A DNA stretch of 64,000 bases from Escherichia coli (GTDB taxonomy: Bacteria > Pseudomonadota > Gammaproteobacteria > Enterobacterales > Enterobacteriaceae): the NCBI RefSeq assembly GCF_046105845.1, contig NZ_CP151004.1; one strand, 5' to 3'. Positions 8,903 to 19,144 of the stretch are shown here, one piece after another. Each line of letters begins with the position of its first letter. Positions within the stretch are counted from its first letter, which is position 1. Both the position numbers and the translations under genes were made by a program. A model generated the notes under the pieces. That model was not told the DNA's origin and searched no databases. It saw only the letters and a list, made by a program, of their open reading frames with translations.

Positions 8903-10885
8903 ATGTCACGTCCGCAATTTACCTCGTTGCGTTTGAGTTTGTTGGCTTTGGCTGTTTCTGCCACCTTGCCAACGTTTGCTTTTGCTACTGAAACCATGAC
9001 CGTTACGGCAACGGGGAATGCCCGTAGTTCCTTCGAAGCGCCTATGATGGTCAGCGTCATCGACACTTCCGCTCCTGAAAATCAAACGGCTACTTCAGCC
9101 ACCGATCTGCTGCGTCATGTTCCTGGAATTACTCTTGATGGTACCGGACGAACCAACGGTCAGGATGTAAATATGCGTGGCTATGATCATCGCGGCGTGC
9201 TGGTTCTTGTCGATGGTGTTCGCCAGGGAACGGATACCGGACACCTGAATGGTACTTTTCTTGATCCGGCGCTGATCAAGCGTGTTGAGATTGTTCGCGG
9301 ACCTTCAGCATTACTGTATGGCAGTGGCGCGCTGGGTGGGGTGATCTCCTACGATACGGTCGATGCAAAAGATTTATTGCAGGAAGGACAAAGTAGTGGT
9401 TTTCGTGTCTTTGGTACTGGCGGCACGGGGGACCATAGCCTGGGATTAGGCGCGAGCGCGTTTGGACGAACTGAAAATCTGGATGGTATTGTGGCCTGGT
9501 CCAGTCGCGATCGGGGTGATTTACGCCAGAGCAATGATGAAACCGCGCCGAATGACGAGTCCATTAATAACATGCTGGCGAAAGGGACCTGGCAAATTGA
9601 TTCAGCCCAGTCTCTGAGCGGTTTAGTGCGTTACTACAACAACGACGCGCGTGAACCAAAAAATCCGCAGACCGTTGAAGCTTCTGATAGCAGCAACCCG
9701 ATGGTTGATCGTTCAACAATTCAACGCGATGTGCAGCTTTCTTATAAACTCGCCCCGCAGGGCAACGACTGGTTAAATGCAGATGCAAAAATTTACTGGT
9801 CGGAAGTCCGTATTAATGCGCAAAACACGGGGAGTTCCGGCGAGTATCGTGAACAGATAACAAAAGGAGCCAGGCTGGAGAACCGTTCCACTCTATTTGC
9901 CGACAGTTTCGCTTCTCACTTACTGACATATGGCGGTGAGTATTATCGTCAGGAACAACATCCGGGCGGCGCGACGACGGGCTTCCCGCAAGCAAAAATC
10001 GATTTTAGCTCTGGCTGGCTACAGGATGAGATCACCTTACGCGATCTGCCGATTACCCTGCTTGGCGGAACCCGCTATGACAGTTATCGCGGTAGCAGCG
10101 ACGGCTACAAAGATGTTGATGCTGACAAATGGTCATCTCGTGCGGGGATGACTATCAACCCGACCAACTGGCTGATGTTATTTGGCTCATATGCCCAGGC
10201 ATTCCGCGCCCCGACGATGGGCGAAATGTATAACGATTCTAAGCACTTCTCGATTGGTCGCTTCTATACCAACTATTGGGTGCCAAACCCGAACTTACGT
10301 CCGGAAACTAACGAAACTCAGGAGTACGGTTTTGGGCTGCGTTTTGATGACCTGATGTTGTCCAATGATGCCCTGGAATTTAAAGCCAGCTACTTTGATA
10401 CCAAAGCGAAGGATTACATCTCCACGACCGTCGATTTCGCGGCGGCGACAACTATGTCGTATAACGTCCCGAACGCCAAAATCTGGGGTTGGGATGTGAT
10501 GACGAAATATACCACTGATCTGTTTAGCCTTGATGTGGCCTATAACCGTACCCGCGGCAAAGACACCGATACCGGCGAATATATCTCCAGTATTAACCCG
10601 GATACCGTTACCAGCACCCTGAATATTCCGATCGCTCACAGTGGCTTCTCTGTTGGGTGGGTTGGTACGTTTGCCGATCGCTCAACACATATCAGCAGCA
10701 GTTACAGCAAACAACCAGGCTATGGCGTGAATGATTTCTACGTCAGTTATCAAGGACAACAGGCGCTCAAAGGTATGACCACTACTTTGGTGTTGGGTAA
10801 CGCTTTCGACAAAGAGTACTGGTCGCCACAAGGCATCCCACAGGATGGTCGTAATGGAAAAATTTTCGTGAGTTATCAATGGTAA
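8903..10885 (+). CDS. chuA: TonB-dependent outer membrane hemin receptor ChuA
   Basis: 660 aa; signal peptide, TonB-box-like ETMTVTA, C-terminal ...FVSYQW with terminal aromatic residue typical of TonB-dependent receptors. Confidence 0.9.
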   Translation: MSRPQFTSLRLSLLALAVSATLPTFAFATETMTVTATGNARSSFEAPMMVSVIDTSAPENQTATSATDLLRHVPGITLDGTGRTNGQDVNMRGYDHRGVLVLVDGVRQGTDTGHLNGTFLDPALIKRVEIVRGPSALLYGSGALGGVISYDTVDAKDLLQEGQSSGFRVFGTGGTGDHSLGLGASAFGRTENLDGIVAWSSRDRGDLRQSNDETAPNDESINNMLAKGTWQIDSAQSLSGLVRYYNNDAREPKNPQTVEASDSSNPMVDRSTIQRDVQLSYKLAPQGNDWLNADAKIYWSEVRINAQNTGSSGEYREQITKGARLENRSTLFADSFASHLLTYGGEYYRQEQHPGGATTGFPQAKIDFSSGWLQDEITLRDLPITLLGGTRYDSYRGSSDGYKDVDADKWSSRAGMTINPTNWLMLFGSYAQAFRAPTMGEMYNDSKHFSIGRFYTNYWVPNPNLRPETNETQEYGFGLRFDDLMLSNDALEFKASYFDTKAKDYISTTVDFAAATTMSYNVPNAKIWGWDVMTKYTTDLFSLDVAYNRTRGKDTDTGEYISSINPDTVTSTLNIPIAHSGFSVGWVGTFADRSTHISSSYSKQPGYGVNDFYVSYQGQQALKGMTTTLVLGNAFDKEYWSPQGIPQDGRNGKIFVSYQW

Positions 10886-10933
10886 TCATCTGCCCCGATA
10901 TTTCGGGGCATTTATCTGGAAGGAAGAGAGACA

Positions 10934-11962
10934 ATGAACCACTACACACGCTGGCTTGAGTTAAAAGAACAAAATCCCGGAAAGTACGCGCGTGACATCG
11001 CAGGTTTAATGAATATTAGCGAAGCAGAACTGGCATTTGCACGCGTCACGCACGATGCGTGGCGGATGCGCGGCGATATCCGTGAAATTCTGGCGGCGCT
11101 CGAAAGTGTTGGCGAGACCAAATGTATTTGTCGTAATGAATATGCAGTCCATGAGCAAGTTGGTGCGTTCACAAACCAGCATTTGAACGGACATGCCGGA
11201 TTGATCCTCAATCCACGCGCGCTGGATTTGCGTCTGTTTCTCAATCAATGGGCCAGTGTTTTCCACATCAAAGAAAATACGACTCGTGGCGAACGCCAGA
11301 GTATTCAGTTCTTTGATCATCAGGGCGATGCATTACTAAAAGTTTATGCCACCGACAATACCGATATGGCGGCATGGAGTGAGCTTCTGGCACGGTTTAT
11401 CGCCGATGAGAATACGCCGCTTGAGTTAAAAGCCGTTGATGCGCCAGTCGTTCAAATGCGAGCCGATGCCAGTGTGGTCGAGCAAGAGTGGCGGGCGATG
11501 ACCGACGTTCATCAGTTTTTTACGTTGCTCAAGCGCCACAACCTGACGCGCCAACAGGCGTTCAATCTGGTGGCAGACGATTTGGCCTGCAAAGTATCCA
11601 ACAGTGCGTTGGCGCAAATTCTTGAATCTGCACAGCAGGATGGCAATGAAATCATGGTGTTTGTTGGCAACCGTGGCTGCGTACAGATTTTCACTGGCGT
11701 GGTAGAAAAAGTGGTGCCAATGAAAGGTTGGCTGAATATTTTTAACCCGACGTTTACTCTTCATCTATTAGAAGAGAGCATTGCTGAAACCTGGGTAACC
11801 CGTAAACCTGCTAGTGACGGTTATGTGACCAGTCTGGAATTGTTTGCCCATGATGGTACGCAGATAGCGCAACTTTATGGTCAACGTACAGAAGGCGAAC
11901 AGGAGCAAGCGCAATGGCGTAAGCAAATTGCTTCGCTGATACCGGAAGGCGTTACTGTATAA
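10934..11962 (+). CDS. chuS: Heme oxygenase / hemin-degrading protein ChuS
   Basis: 342 aa, immediately downstream of chuA as in chu/shu loci. Confidence 0.9.
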   Translation: MNHYTRWLELKEQNPGKYARDIAGLMNISEAELAFARVTHDAWRMRGDIREILAALESVGETKCICRNEYAVHEQVGAFTNQHLNGHAGLILNPRALDLRLFLNQWASVFHIKENTTRGERQSIQFFDHQGDALLKVYATDNTDMAAWSELLARFIADENTPLELKAVDAPVVQMRADASVVEQEWRAMTDVHQFFTLLKRHNLTRQQAFNLVADDLACKVSNSALAQILESAQQDGNEIMVFVGNRGCVQIFTGVVEKVVPMKGWLNIFNPTFTLHLLEESIAETWVTRKPASDGYVTSLELFAHDGTQIAQLYGQRTEGEQEQAQWRKQIASLIPEGVTV

Positions 11963-12022
11963 CGTATAATTAACGGGAGGTCTGGCTATTTATTGTTGGG
12001 CCTCTTTATATTAATCAATCGA

Positions 12023-12553
12023 TCACACCAGATAATCAATATGCTGATGGCGTACCAACTCATTGATCCGCTTAAGATTGAGGATCATCATGATATTGTG
12101 TTTATGGCAGTAGAACGTTTTTAGCGATATTTTCAGTTTCTCCAGAATATCTTCCGTTGTCATTTGATTCGCAATGCAGCTCAGAACCTGATGCTGCTTG
12201 CGCGAAAGGGACACATCCGCTTCAGGCACAGAGCAGTAACTGCCATTGATGAGTGCGACAAAGTCGATGATGGTGATAGTTCGCGGAACAAAGGTCACCG
12301 GTACTTTCCCCAGGCAGCGTTTAATATTAAAGGGGGAGAAAATAATCACATGGACAGGTTTTAATCGTTCAATTTGAGTGAGCAAATTAGAATGAAATAC
12401 ATTATTCATTAATGTATCAATAATGACGAAGGCATGCTGATGCAACATTACGTCGATCTCTTCTTCGTTCTGTATATGAACGACATTACCTTTACTCAGA
12501 ATGTTTTTCATCGCAGTGAAGAACATCGTATCCCTGGTAATTATAAGAAACAT
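12023..12553 (-). CDS. dctR: LuxR-family regulator DctR (YhiF)
   Basis: 176 aa; C-terminal LuxR-type HTH region; sequence matches my memory of YhiF. Confidence 0.9.
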   Translation of the reverse strand: MFLIITRDTMFFTAMKNILSKGNVVHIQNEEEIDVMLHQHAFVIIDTLMNNVFHSNLLTQIERLKPVHVIIFSPFNIKRCLGKVPVTFVPRTITIIDFVALINGSYCSVPEADVSLSRKQHQVLSCIANQMTTEDILEKLKISLKTFYCHKHNIMMILNLKRINELVRHQHIDYLV

Positions 12554-12708
12554 AACCGACTCCTGGTGCGGACATTAACTTTATAATCAGTTTGCCAAAG
12601 GTAATTAACAGGACAGGGCTTATAATAATAATAGTTAGCTGGCTGTGTATTAATTTGATGTAATGCATGATGCAGATGCTGAGAAAGCATCTGCATCTCT
12701 CGGTGGTG

Positions 12709-13275
12709 TTATTTGACCAGCTCAGGTGTTACCTGACTCACCGCATTGGTGTAGTAAGGCGCGCCCCAGCCCGGTTCCGGCCAGAATGCACCATAGCCGT
12801 AATCCCACAGGTTATAGGTGGTATTAACCACTTCTCTCAAATGCCACACCTGGATGCCCTGCATATTCACTTCGAGGAAGTTATACGGGACTTTATTGAT
12901 AAAGCCAGGTTGTTCACCCTGAATGGTACCGAGGATGGTAACAAAGTGATTACGATAGTTCACTGGATCAAGGAAGCCGCTTTGTCTGGCGAGCAGTCGG
13001 CCCTGATAGTTGGCTTCAATATCAGGCTTCGCATAGCTATCCAACGGTAATACAGCGATTTCTAACAACGTATCCGTTTTGCCATTGATAACGTTGATAA
13101 CCTTCCCACCAAAGCGCGCTTGTTGACCAACATATAACCCCGGCTGGTTATGAACAGCAACAAAACTTTTTTGAATATCAGGTTGGTTATTGCCTTTGAT
13201 ATTTTGCGGAATTGAACTACATGCGGCAAGCAAAAATGAAAGGCTGAGGATGAGTGCACCTTTTGTCATGTTCAT
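12709..13275 (-). CDS. slp: Outer membrane lipoprotein Slp
   Basis: ORF 12709..13308 trimmed to MNMTKGALILSLSFLLAACSS (lipobox LAAC), 188 aa. Confidence 0.9.
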   Translation of the reverse strand: MNMTKGALILSLSFLLAACSSIPQNIKGNNQPDIQKSFVAVHNQPGLYVGQQARFGGKVINVINGKTDTLLEIAVLPLDSYAKPDIEANYQGRLLARQSGFLDPVNYRNHFVTILGTIQGEQPGFINKVPYNFLEVNMQGIQVWHLREVVNTTYNLWDYGYGAFWPEPGWGAPYYTNAVSQVTPELVK

Positions 13276-13518
13276 GTTACTATCCTTATCAACAAATATT
13301 AAAACCATAATAGATATTTCTTTATAGTTTTCATCTGATTCTGAGGCGATATGCCTGATAGTAACGTAAACCTGTCTGATGTTTATATCCCTCTGTTTAG
13401 TTTAATTCTGTTAATTTTGGGGCGTGACATGAGTATCCATCGCCCCATAAAATAGCCTTTTTTTAAAGGTACATAAAATCTATTTTATTCAATGATTATA
13501 AAGCGCTAATGTTCAATA

Positions 13519-14742
13519 TTATGGGATTATATTCTGGTAATGATTTGATAAGCGAATTCTTTTGCCAGTTGGTATTTCTATTTCCACCCCATAATTTATA
13601 GTTTTTTCATCAGGTAGCGATCTCTTTAAATAAGGTGCGCATGACATTTTTTTTGGGTTAAGCGTCTCGCGTTGAAATACTTCGAATTGATATTCAGACA
13701 TTTCTGCCCATGTTTGAATTTTATTGTATCGGGAGAGTGTCGTAAAGGCTTTAACTTGCTTATAACATTGTTTTTTGAATTCTTGCTGATATTTTAATAT
13801 GTCATTGTATGAAATATTGGTTATCCTGGCCTCTAAGAATTTAATTATTGTCGAAGCAATTTCCGCTTTTGCTCGTAAAAAGTTGTCATTAATGGTTAAT
13901 AATGTTGAAAATAAACCTTCGATTTGTTTGTCAAGATATTGTTCGTCTTTATATAATTTGGGGGTAGGGTGTTCTTTATGTGAAAAAATAGTGTCACCTA
14001 AATTTGCGTCAGTGAAATTTATATTAAGTAGATCTTCGAAATAAAACCTTGACAAGGTTAGAACGAACCCGGACAGGTTCTGTCCTGTCATATTGAAATC
14101 AATAAAGTTGGTTCCGGCAAAGACTTTCATCCTGTTTTTATTTTCACTGTGCTCAATATATAACTTCGTCATTTTTTGATACAGGTTTTGAATATCTTTT
14201 ATATTAGTCGGTAAGTCAGCTCGTTGTTCAGCAATAAAATTAGTATCTGAAAACGTGGTTTGGACACTGAATGTTATGGGTATTCCCTCTTCTACGCTAA
14301 TTTTAGTTATGATTGCCTTGTCGGGTTTAGGATTAGCGACAACAATGATTCGACATTCAGCACTTTTGTTCTTTTCGTATCTAATGTTATTAATTTGATT
14401 AAGTAGTCCCTGTGCCTGCCGCGTAAGTGGTGTCGAACTTATCGATTCAATGTTAGTAATAAGACTTACAAGTTGAGCCACAACTTTGGAGTAGTCTGCA
14501 TTTGTATATGTGGTGTTCGTGCGGCACGCATAAATTTGTGGGAGGTGTTTCCGCGCTAAATCATATTGTTCAGGGTTGTATCCTTCTCCAGAGAATGGGG
14601 AATTAATGGGTTGTTGTTCTTCCTGATTATCACAAGGCCACATCGGTGTGTCTGGTGTTTTAACATTGTCGGTATCTGTTGTGCGGTTATAAATATCGCC
14701 GTGATATGTATTTATCATACTTGGGGTAAAGTCAATTGACAT
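13519..14742 (-). CDS. yhiS: YhiS-family protein, uninterrupted (407 aa), function unknown
   Basis: Position between slp and the ars genes corresponds to yhiS; AT-rich by eye; short pentapeptide-repeat-like stretch [15 protein letters not shown]. Confidence 0.7.
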   Translation of the reverse strand: MSIDFTPSMINTYHGDIYNRTTDTDNVKTPDTPMWPCDNQEEQQPINSPFSGEGYNPEQYDLARKHLPQIYACRTNTTYTNADYSKVVAQLVSLITNIESISSTPLTRQAQGLLNQINNIRYEKNKSAECRIIVVANPKPDKAIITKISVEEGIPITFSVQTTFSDTNFIAEQRADLPTNIKDIQNLYQKMTKLYIEHSENKNRMKVFAGTNFIDFNMTGQNLSGFVLTLSRFYFEDLLNINFTDANLGDTIFSHKEHPTPKLYKDEQYLDKQIEGLFSTLLTINDNFLRAKAEIASTIIKFLEARITNISYNDILKYQQEFKKQCYKQVKAFTTLSRYNKIQTWAEMSEYQFEVFQRETLNPKKMSCAPYLKRSLPDEKTINYGVEIEIPTGKRIRLSNHYQNIIP

Positions 14743-15322
14743 AACATTCCTTATTGTTCATCTATTTCGCTAAATTTTTGTAAATCGGAGAATTAGAGCA
14801 GGAATGGATTTTCTTCTACGCGGAAATAAACACAATGCGCCATATCTTCCTGATATAATTACCTTTAACTTCCCTTTCATTTCCACCCGGTAATATTTGT
14901 GTATAAAAAAAGGGCAGTGATAGTATCGTAAAGGAAAACGTTAACAACTATCAAAAAGCGCTCATTTTAAAAAGTTATGATGTTCTCCGATAGTGTGTGA
15001 AGTGATATTTTTGTGATGTTTTAGATGTGTAATAATGAACCAGGTTAAAGTGTATTTAAAAATGTGTTGTATTGGCGACTGAAATCTGCCCTTTAAAAGG
15101 GGGGATAGCACTGAGACAAAGAGGCATTGCTTCTCCGATAAAATGTCAGAGAAGCATGATTGCGTGGTGATTGTCGATTGATGACTTACTGACGGATCCG
15201 TCATCATTCTCAAAGCATTAGTTAAGTTATTTGTGATTTTTAAGGATTATCCTATCTATGATTTTCTACTCAGAAGGATAAGGCACTCACAATGCTCCTT
15301 ATAGTTTACTGCTGGCATCTAT

Positions 15323-16324
15323 TTAAAATAGCATTTGAGTCAAATAGCCCATCAAGATAGCCATACCTAAGATAACCGTCAGGAATGCAGCTATCATCGG
15401 CATTCTGAACATTGATTTAAGTAATATCACTTCCGTCAGGCTTGCTCCGGCACTGCCGATGATTAATGCCATTAATGCTCCCAGCCCCATTCCTTTTGTC
15501 ATCAGAACAGATGCCAGAGGGATAACCGCCTCTGCCCGGATATACAGCGGAATTCCGACAACGGCGCTCAATGGGATGGCGAAGGGATTATCTGCCCCTG
15601 CATGAGCGGCAATCCACTCTGAGGGAATAAAGCCATAAATAAAAGAGCCTATTAATACCCCTAACAAAAGATATGGCAGTACATCTTTAAACTGTTGCAA
15701 CGCATCTTTGGTGGCTAGTTTTATGGGATTAATACTTACCACAGCTTTGGTACTGCAACAGTTTACTACAGGTTTCTCAATGGCTTTAGCCGCTGGACTA
15801 CAGCAACTCACTTTTATTGGCGTATATGTCGTCCCCGGCGAAGTTTTGGCTGGAGCACAACAATTTGCTGATGAGCTTTTACTGGCAATGATATGACGTT
15901 CAAATCCCAGGGAATCCAGGATAATACTGGCAAGTACGGAGACGCCGGCGGCGATAATCGCGTACAACAAGGTAACTTTCCAGCCAAAGGTCACCCACAT
16001 TAACCCGACGATAATGGGATTAAGTAATGGGGAAACAAATAAAAAAGTGAGGGTCGGACCAAACCCGGCTTTCGCTGATAACAATCCACGTAACATGGGG
16101 ATTGTCGAGCAACTACAGAACGGGGTAACGGCTCCCAACAGAGCAGCCAGGAGATAACCTCTCCCTTTTCTGGCCCCCATCATCTGCTGGATTTTATGGT
16201 CTGGCACCTTTTGTCTTATCAGGCTGACACCGGCACTAATCACTATAAACAGCAAAGAAAGCTCGACGGCGAGAAACACAAACATCTCTGCGGCATCTTG
16301 CAGCATCGCAAGCCAACTACTCAT
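15323..16324 (-). CDS. ArsP-like permease (putative metalloid/organoarsenical efflux permease)
   Basis: Polytopic membrane protein; TPFCSCS motif in a TM segment; hydrophilic loop with three CC dyads; start set at MSSWLAML, which has a GAGG Shine-Dalgarno (ORF track starts 4 codons earlier at 16336). Confidence 0.7.
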   Translation of the reverse strand: MSSWLAMLQDAAEMFVFLAVELSLLFIVISAGVSLIRQKVPDHKIQQMMGARKGRGYLLAALLGAVTPFCSCSTIPMLRGLLSAKAGFGPTLTFLFVSPLLNPIIVGLMWVTFGWKVTLLYAIIAAGVSVLASIILDSLGFERHIIASKSSSANCCAPAKTSPGTTYTPIKVSCCSPAAKAIEKPVVNCCSTKAVVSINPIKLATKDALQQFKDVLPYLLLGVLIGSFIYGFIPSEWIAAHAGADNPFAIPLSAVVGIPLYIRAEAVIPLASVLMTKGMGLGALMALIIGSAGASLTEVILLKSMFRMPMIAAFLTVILGMAILMGYLTQMLF

Positions 16325-16349
16325 ACGTAACCTCATTGAATAAATCTAT

Positions 16350-16406
16350 ATTTCCAGAATAATCGAAATGAAATTCAGATCAAGATATTTCTGGTATTAT
16401 CGAAAT
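16350..16406. promoter_or_regulatory. Two tandem inverted-repeat operator candidates in the divergent promoter
   Basis: ATTTCcagaataatcGAAAT (16350..16369) and ATTTCtggtattatcGAAAT (16387..16406); each is a 5-bp inverted repeat around a 10-bp spacer. Confidence 0.35.
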
Positions 16407-16431
16407 ATCAACCAGACAAAGGGGGTGTCAT

Positions 16432-16728
16432 ATGCAGTTGGAAGAAGTTGCTAAAGCGCTGAAAGAGCTAGGTCACCCGACCCGTTTGTTCATATTCAAA
16501 CACCTGGTCAAAGCGGGGGAACAAGGTTTGCCGGTCGGTGAGTTGCAAAAGCAGCTTGGGATACCCGGCTCTACACTCAGTCACCATATTTCAGCACTGG
16601 TATCGGTAGGGCTGGTCAAACAAAACCGTGAGAGTCGGACGCTGATGTGTGTTTCGCAATACGCAATGCTGGAAGCGATAATTGAATTCTTACGCGAGGA
16701 GTGCTGCGTAAATAGCAAAATTGCCTGA
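16432..16728 (+). CDS. ArsR/SmtB-family transcriptional regulator
   Basis: 98 aa winged-helix protein (HPTRLFIFKHLVKAGEQGLPVGELQKQLGIPGSTLSHHISAL); C-terminal CC dyad (EECCVN); AGGGGG Shine-Dalgarno. Confidence 0.75.
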   Translation: MQLEEVAKALKELGHPTRLFIFKHLVKAGEQGLPVGELQKQLGIPGSTLSHHISALVSVGLVKQNRESRTLMCVSQYAMLEAIIEFLREECCVNSKIA

Positions 16729-16778
16729 TGCGCTACGCGCTACAGATTTCATGCCATATATTGAATTTGCACGGTTTT

Positions 16779-16816
16779 GTAGGTCGGATAAGACGCGTTA
16801 GCGTCGCATCCGACAT
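16779..16816. repeat. REP-like palindromic element
   Basis: gtaggtcggataagacgcgttagcgtcgcatccgacat resembles the enterobacterial REP consensus. Confidence 0.45.
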
Positions 16817-16861
16817 AAACGAAGCGCACTTTACCAACTATCGGCAGTGGATATCGCCGCT

Positions 16862-17287
16862 TTATTTCAGGCGTTTACCCGCTTCATCAACCACTTTCTC
16901 GCCATCTTCCTTGGTGAACGCGCCTTGTTGCGCATTTGGCAGAATTTCCAGCACCACTTCTGAAGGGCGGCACAGGCGAGTTCCCAGCGGCGTCACCACA
17001 ATCGGGCGATTAATCAGAATCGGGTGCTGAAGCATAAAGTCGATTAACTGATGGTCAGTAAATTTATCTTCTGCAAGGCCCAGTTCCTCATACGGCTCGA
17101 CGTTTTTACGCAGCAGCGCGCGTACGGAAATCCCCATATCGGCAATGAGTTTGACCAGCTCATCGCGCGTTGGCGGTGTTTCCAGATAATAGATAATGGT
17201 CGGTTCTGTACCGCTGTTGCGGATCATCTCCAGCGTGTTACGCGACGTGCCGCAGGCCGGGTTGTGATAAATGGTAATGTTGCTCAT
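16862..17287 (-). CDS. arsC: Arsenate reductase ArsC
   Basis: 141 aa, MSNITIYHNPACGTSRNTLEMIR with catalytic Cys in HNPACGTS. Confidence 0.95.
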   Translation of the reverse strand: MSNITIYHNPACGTSRNTLEMIRNSGTEPTIIYYLETPPTRDELVKLIADMGISVRALLRKNVEPYEELGLAEDKFTDHQLIDFMLQHPILINRPIVVTPLGTRLCRPSEVVLEILPNAQQGAFTKEDGEKVVDEAGKRLK

Positions 17288-17299
17288 ATCAATATCTCA

Positions 17300-18589
17300 T
17301 TACAAAGTGAAAGAGAGACGTAGCGCCAGCGCAGCCAGCGTCACAAAAAGCACCGGCAGGGTCATGATAATTCCTGTACGGAAGTAATATCCCCAGCTGA
17401 TAGTCATATTCTTCTGCGAAAGTACGTGCAGCCAGAGTAGCGTAGCCAGGCTACCAATTGGGGTAATTTTCGGTCCCAAATCGCAGCCAATCACGTTGGC
17501 ATAAATCATCGCTTCTTTGATAACGCCAGATGCCGTGCTGCCATCAATGGACAACGCGCCAACCAGTACCGTCGGCATATTGTTCATAATAGAAGAGAGG
17601 AAGGCGGTGAGGAATCCGGTGCCGAGCGTCGCGGCCCACAGGCCGTTTTCCGCCAGCACGTTGAGTACGCCAGAAAGATATTCCGTTAGTCCGGCATTGC
17701 GCAGGCCATAAACCACCAGATACATGCCGAGCGAGAAGATGACAATCTGCCAGGGCGCACCGCGTAGCACCTTACCCGTATTAATTGCATGACCGCGTTT
17801 AGCGACGGCAAATAATATCAGCGCGCCCACTGCCGCAATGGCGCTGACCGGAATGCCGAGCGGTTCCAGGACGAAAAATCCCACCAGCAGAAACAGTAAA
17901 ACAACCCAGCCAGTTTTGAAGGTTGCAGGATCTTTAATCGCTTCTGCGGGAGATTTCAGCAGCGCCATATCGTAGTTCTGCGGAATATCTTTGCGGAAAT
18001 AGAGATGCAACATCACCAGCGTGGCAACAATTGCGGCGATATCCACCGGCACCATCACCGATGCGTATTCGCGAAAGCCGAGGCCAAAGAAATCTGCGGA
18101 AACGATATTCACCAGGTTGGAGACAATAAGCGGCAGGCTGGCGGTATCGGAAATGAATCCGGCCGCCATCACGAACGCCAGCGTAGTGCCTTTACTGAAC
18201 CCTAAAGCCAGCAGCATGGCGATGACAATTGGCGTTAAAATCAGCGCCGCACCATCATTGGCAAACAGAGCTGCAACGGCAGCACCGAGCAGGACAATCC
18301 AGGTGAACAGCAAGCGACCGCGTCCATTGCCCCAGCGTGAGACGTGCAGCGCTGCCCATTCAAAAAAGCCGGACTCATCCAGCAGCAGGCTGATGATAAT
18401 AACGGCAATAAACGCAGCCGTCGCGTTCCAGACGATATTCCACACCACCGGAATATCACCCGGATGTACCACGCCCGTAACTAACGCCAGTACTGCGCCG
18501 AGTGTTGCACTCCAGCCGATGCCTAAACCTTTCGGCTGCCAGATAACCAATACGATGGTCAGGACAAAGATAGCGCCTGCCAGTAACAT
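17300..18589 (-). CDS. arsB: Arsenite efflux pump ArsB
   Basis: ORF 17300..18610 trimmed to [22 protein letters not shown] (429 aa). Confidence 0.95.
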   Translation of the reverse strand: MLLAGAIFVLTIVLVIWQPKGLGIGWSATLGAVLALVTGVVHPGDIPVVWNIVWNATAAFIAVIIISLLLDESGFFEWAALHVSRWGNGRGRLLFTWIVLLGAAVAALFANDGAALILTPIVIAMLLALGFSKGTTLAFVMAAGFISDTASLPLIVSNLVNIVSADFFGLGFREYASVMVPVDIAAIVATLVMLHLYFRKDIPQNYDMALLKSPAEAIKDPATFKTGWVVLLFLLVGFFVLEPLGIPVSAIAAVGALILFAVAKRGHAINTGKVLRGAPWQIVIFSLGMYLVVYGLRNAGLTEYLSGVLNVLAENGLWAATLGTGFLTAFLSSIMNNMPTVLVGALSIDGSTASGVIKEAMIYANVIGCDLGPKITPIGSLATLLWLHVLSQKNMTISWGYYFRTGIIMTLPVLFVTLAALALRLSFTL

Positions 18590-18643
18590 AATGCCTCCCG
18601 GAAAAAACACATGTGCAAATCCATATGTGTTTAGATAAATTTT

Positions 18644-18997
18644 TTAACTACAAATGTTCTTACTGTCTTCGGAACAATTTTGTCGAGCCAGGTTGCGGAC
18701 AATCACCTGAACCTTTTCCTGTTCACATCGCCAGGCCTCATCAATAATTTTCGCCGCCCATGCTGGAATATGCGGTGATAAGCGGTAATGAACCCACTTA
18801 CCTTGCTTGCGATCCAGCAATAGCCCGCTTTCACGAAGAAGCGCCAGGTGGCGGGATATCTTGGGCTGCGACTGATCGAGGGCAGTACAGAGATCGCAGA
18901 CACATAACTCTCCCAGCTCGCTTAGCAGTAAAACGATGCCCAGACGGGTCTCATCAGCAAGAATTTTGAACAGTTGGATGGGTAACAGAAATGACAT
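18644..18997 (-). CDS. arsR: Arsenical resistance operon repressor ArsR
   Basis: 117 aa; metalloid-binding ELCVCDL motif in the HTH region. Confidence 0.95.
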   Translation of the reverse strand: MSFLLPIQLFKILADETRLGIVLLLSELGELCVCDLCTALDQSQPKISRHLALLRESGLLLDRKQGKWVHYRLSPHIPAWAAKIIDEAWRCEQEKVQVIVRNLARQNCSEDSKNICS

Positions 18998-19144
18998 ATT
19001 GCGCTCCTGATTGTTGCCGGTAGTGTCTCTCTTCGAAGCGGATAAGTCAAAAACATATATGACTTAACGAATATGTAAGTGTGGAGAAAGGTATAGATGT
19101 GAATTAAGCGTTGGGTATTCATTTGAAAGGAGGTCTGAATCAGG

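Noticed and set aside
8532..9066. Two minus-strand ORFs (87 and 81 aa) in the chuT–chuA intergenic region
   Set aside because: They lie in a promoter region containing Fur boxes, the second overlaps the chuA start, and neither has a convincing Shine-Dalgarno or recognisable features.
14962..15213. 83-aa minus-strand ORF between yhiS and the ArsP-like permease
   Set aside because: It is in an AT-rich intergenic region with no Shine-Dalgarno; likely a chance ORF, though an H-NS-silenced small gene cannot be excluded without expression data.
18021..18638. 205-aa plus-strand ORF antisense to arsB
   Set aside because: It is antisense to a confidently identified membrane transporter gene. The product is Ser/Thr/Ala-rich with no domain signature.
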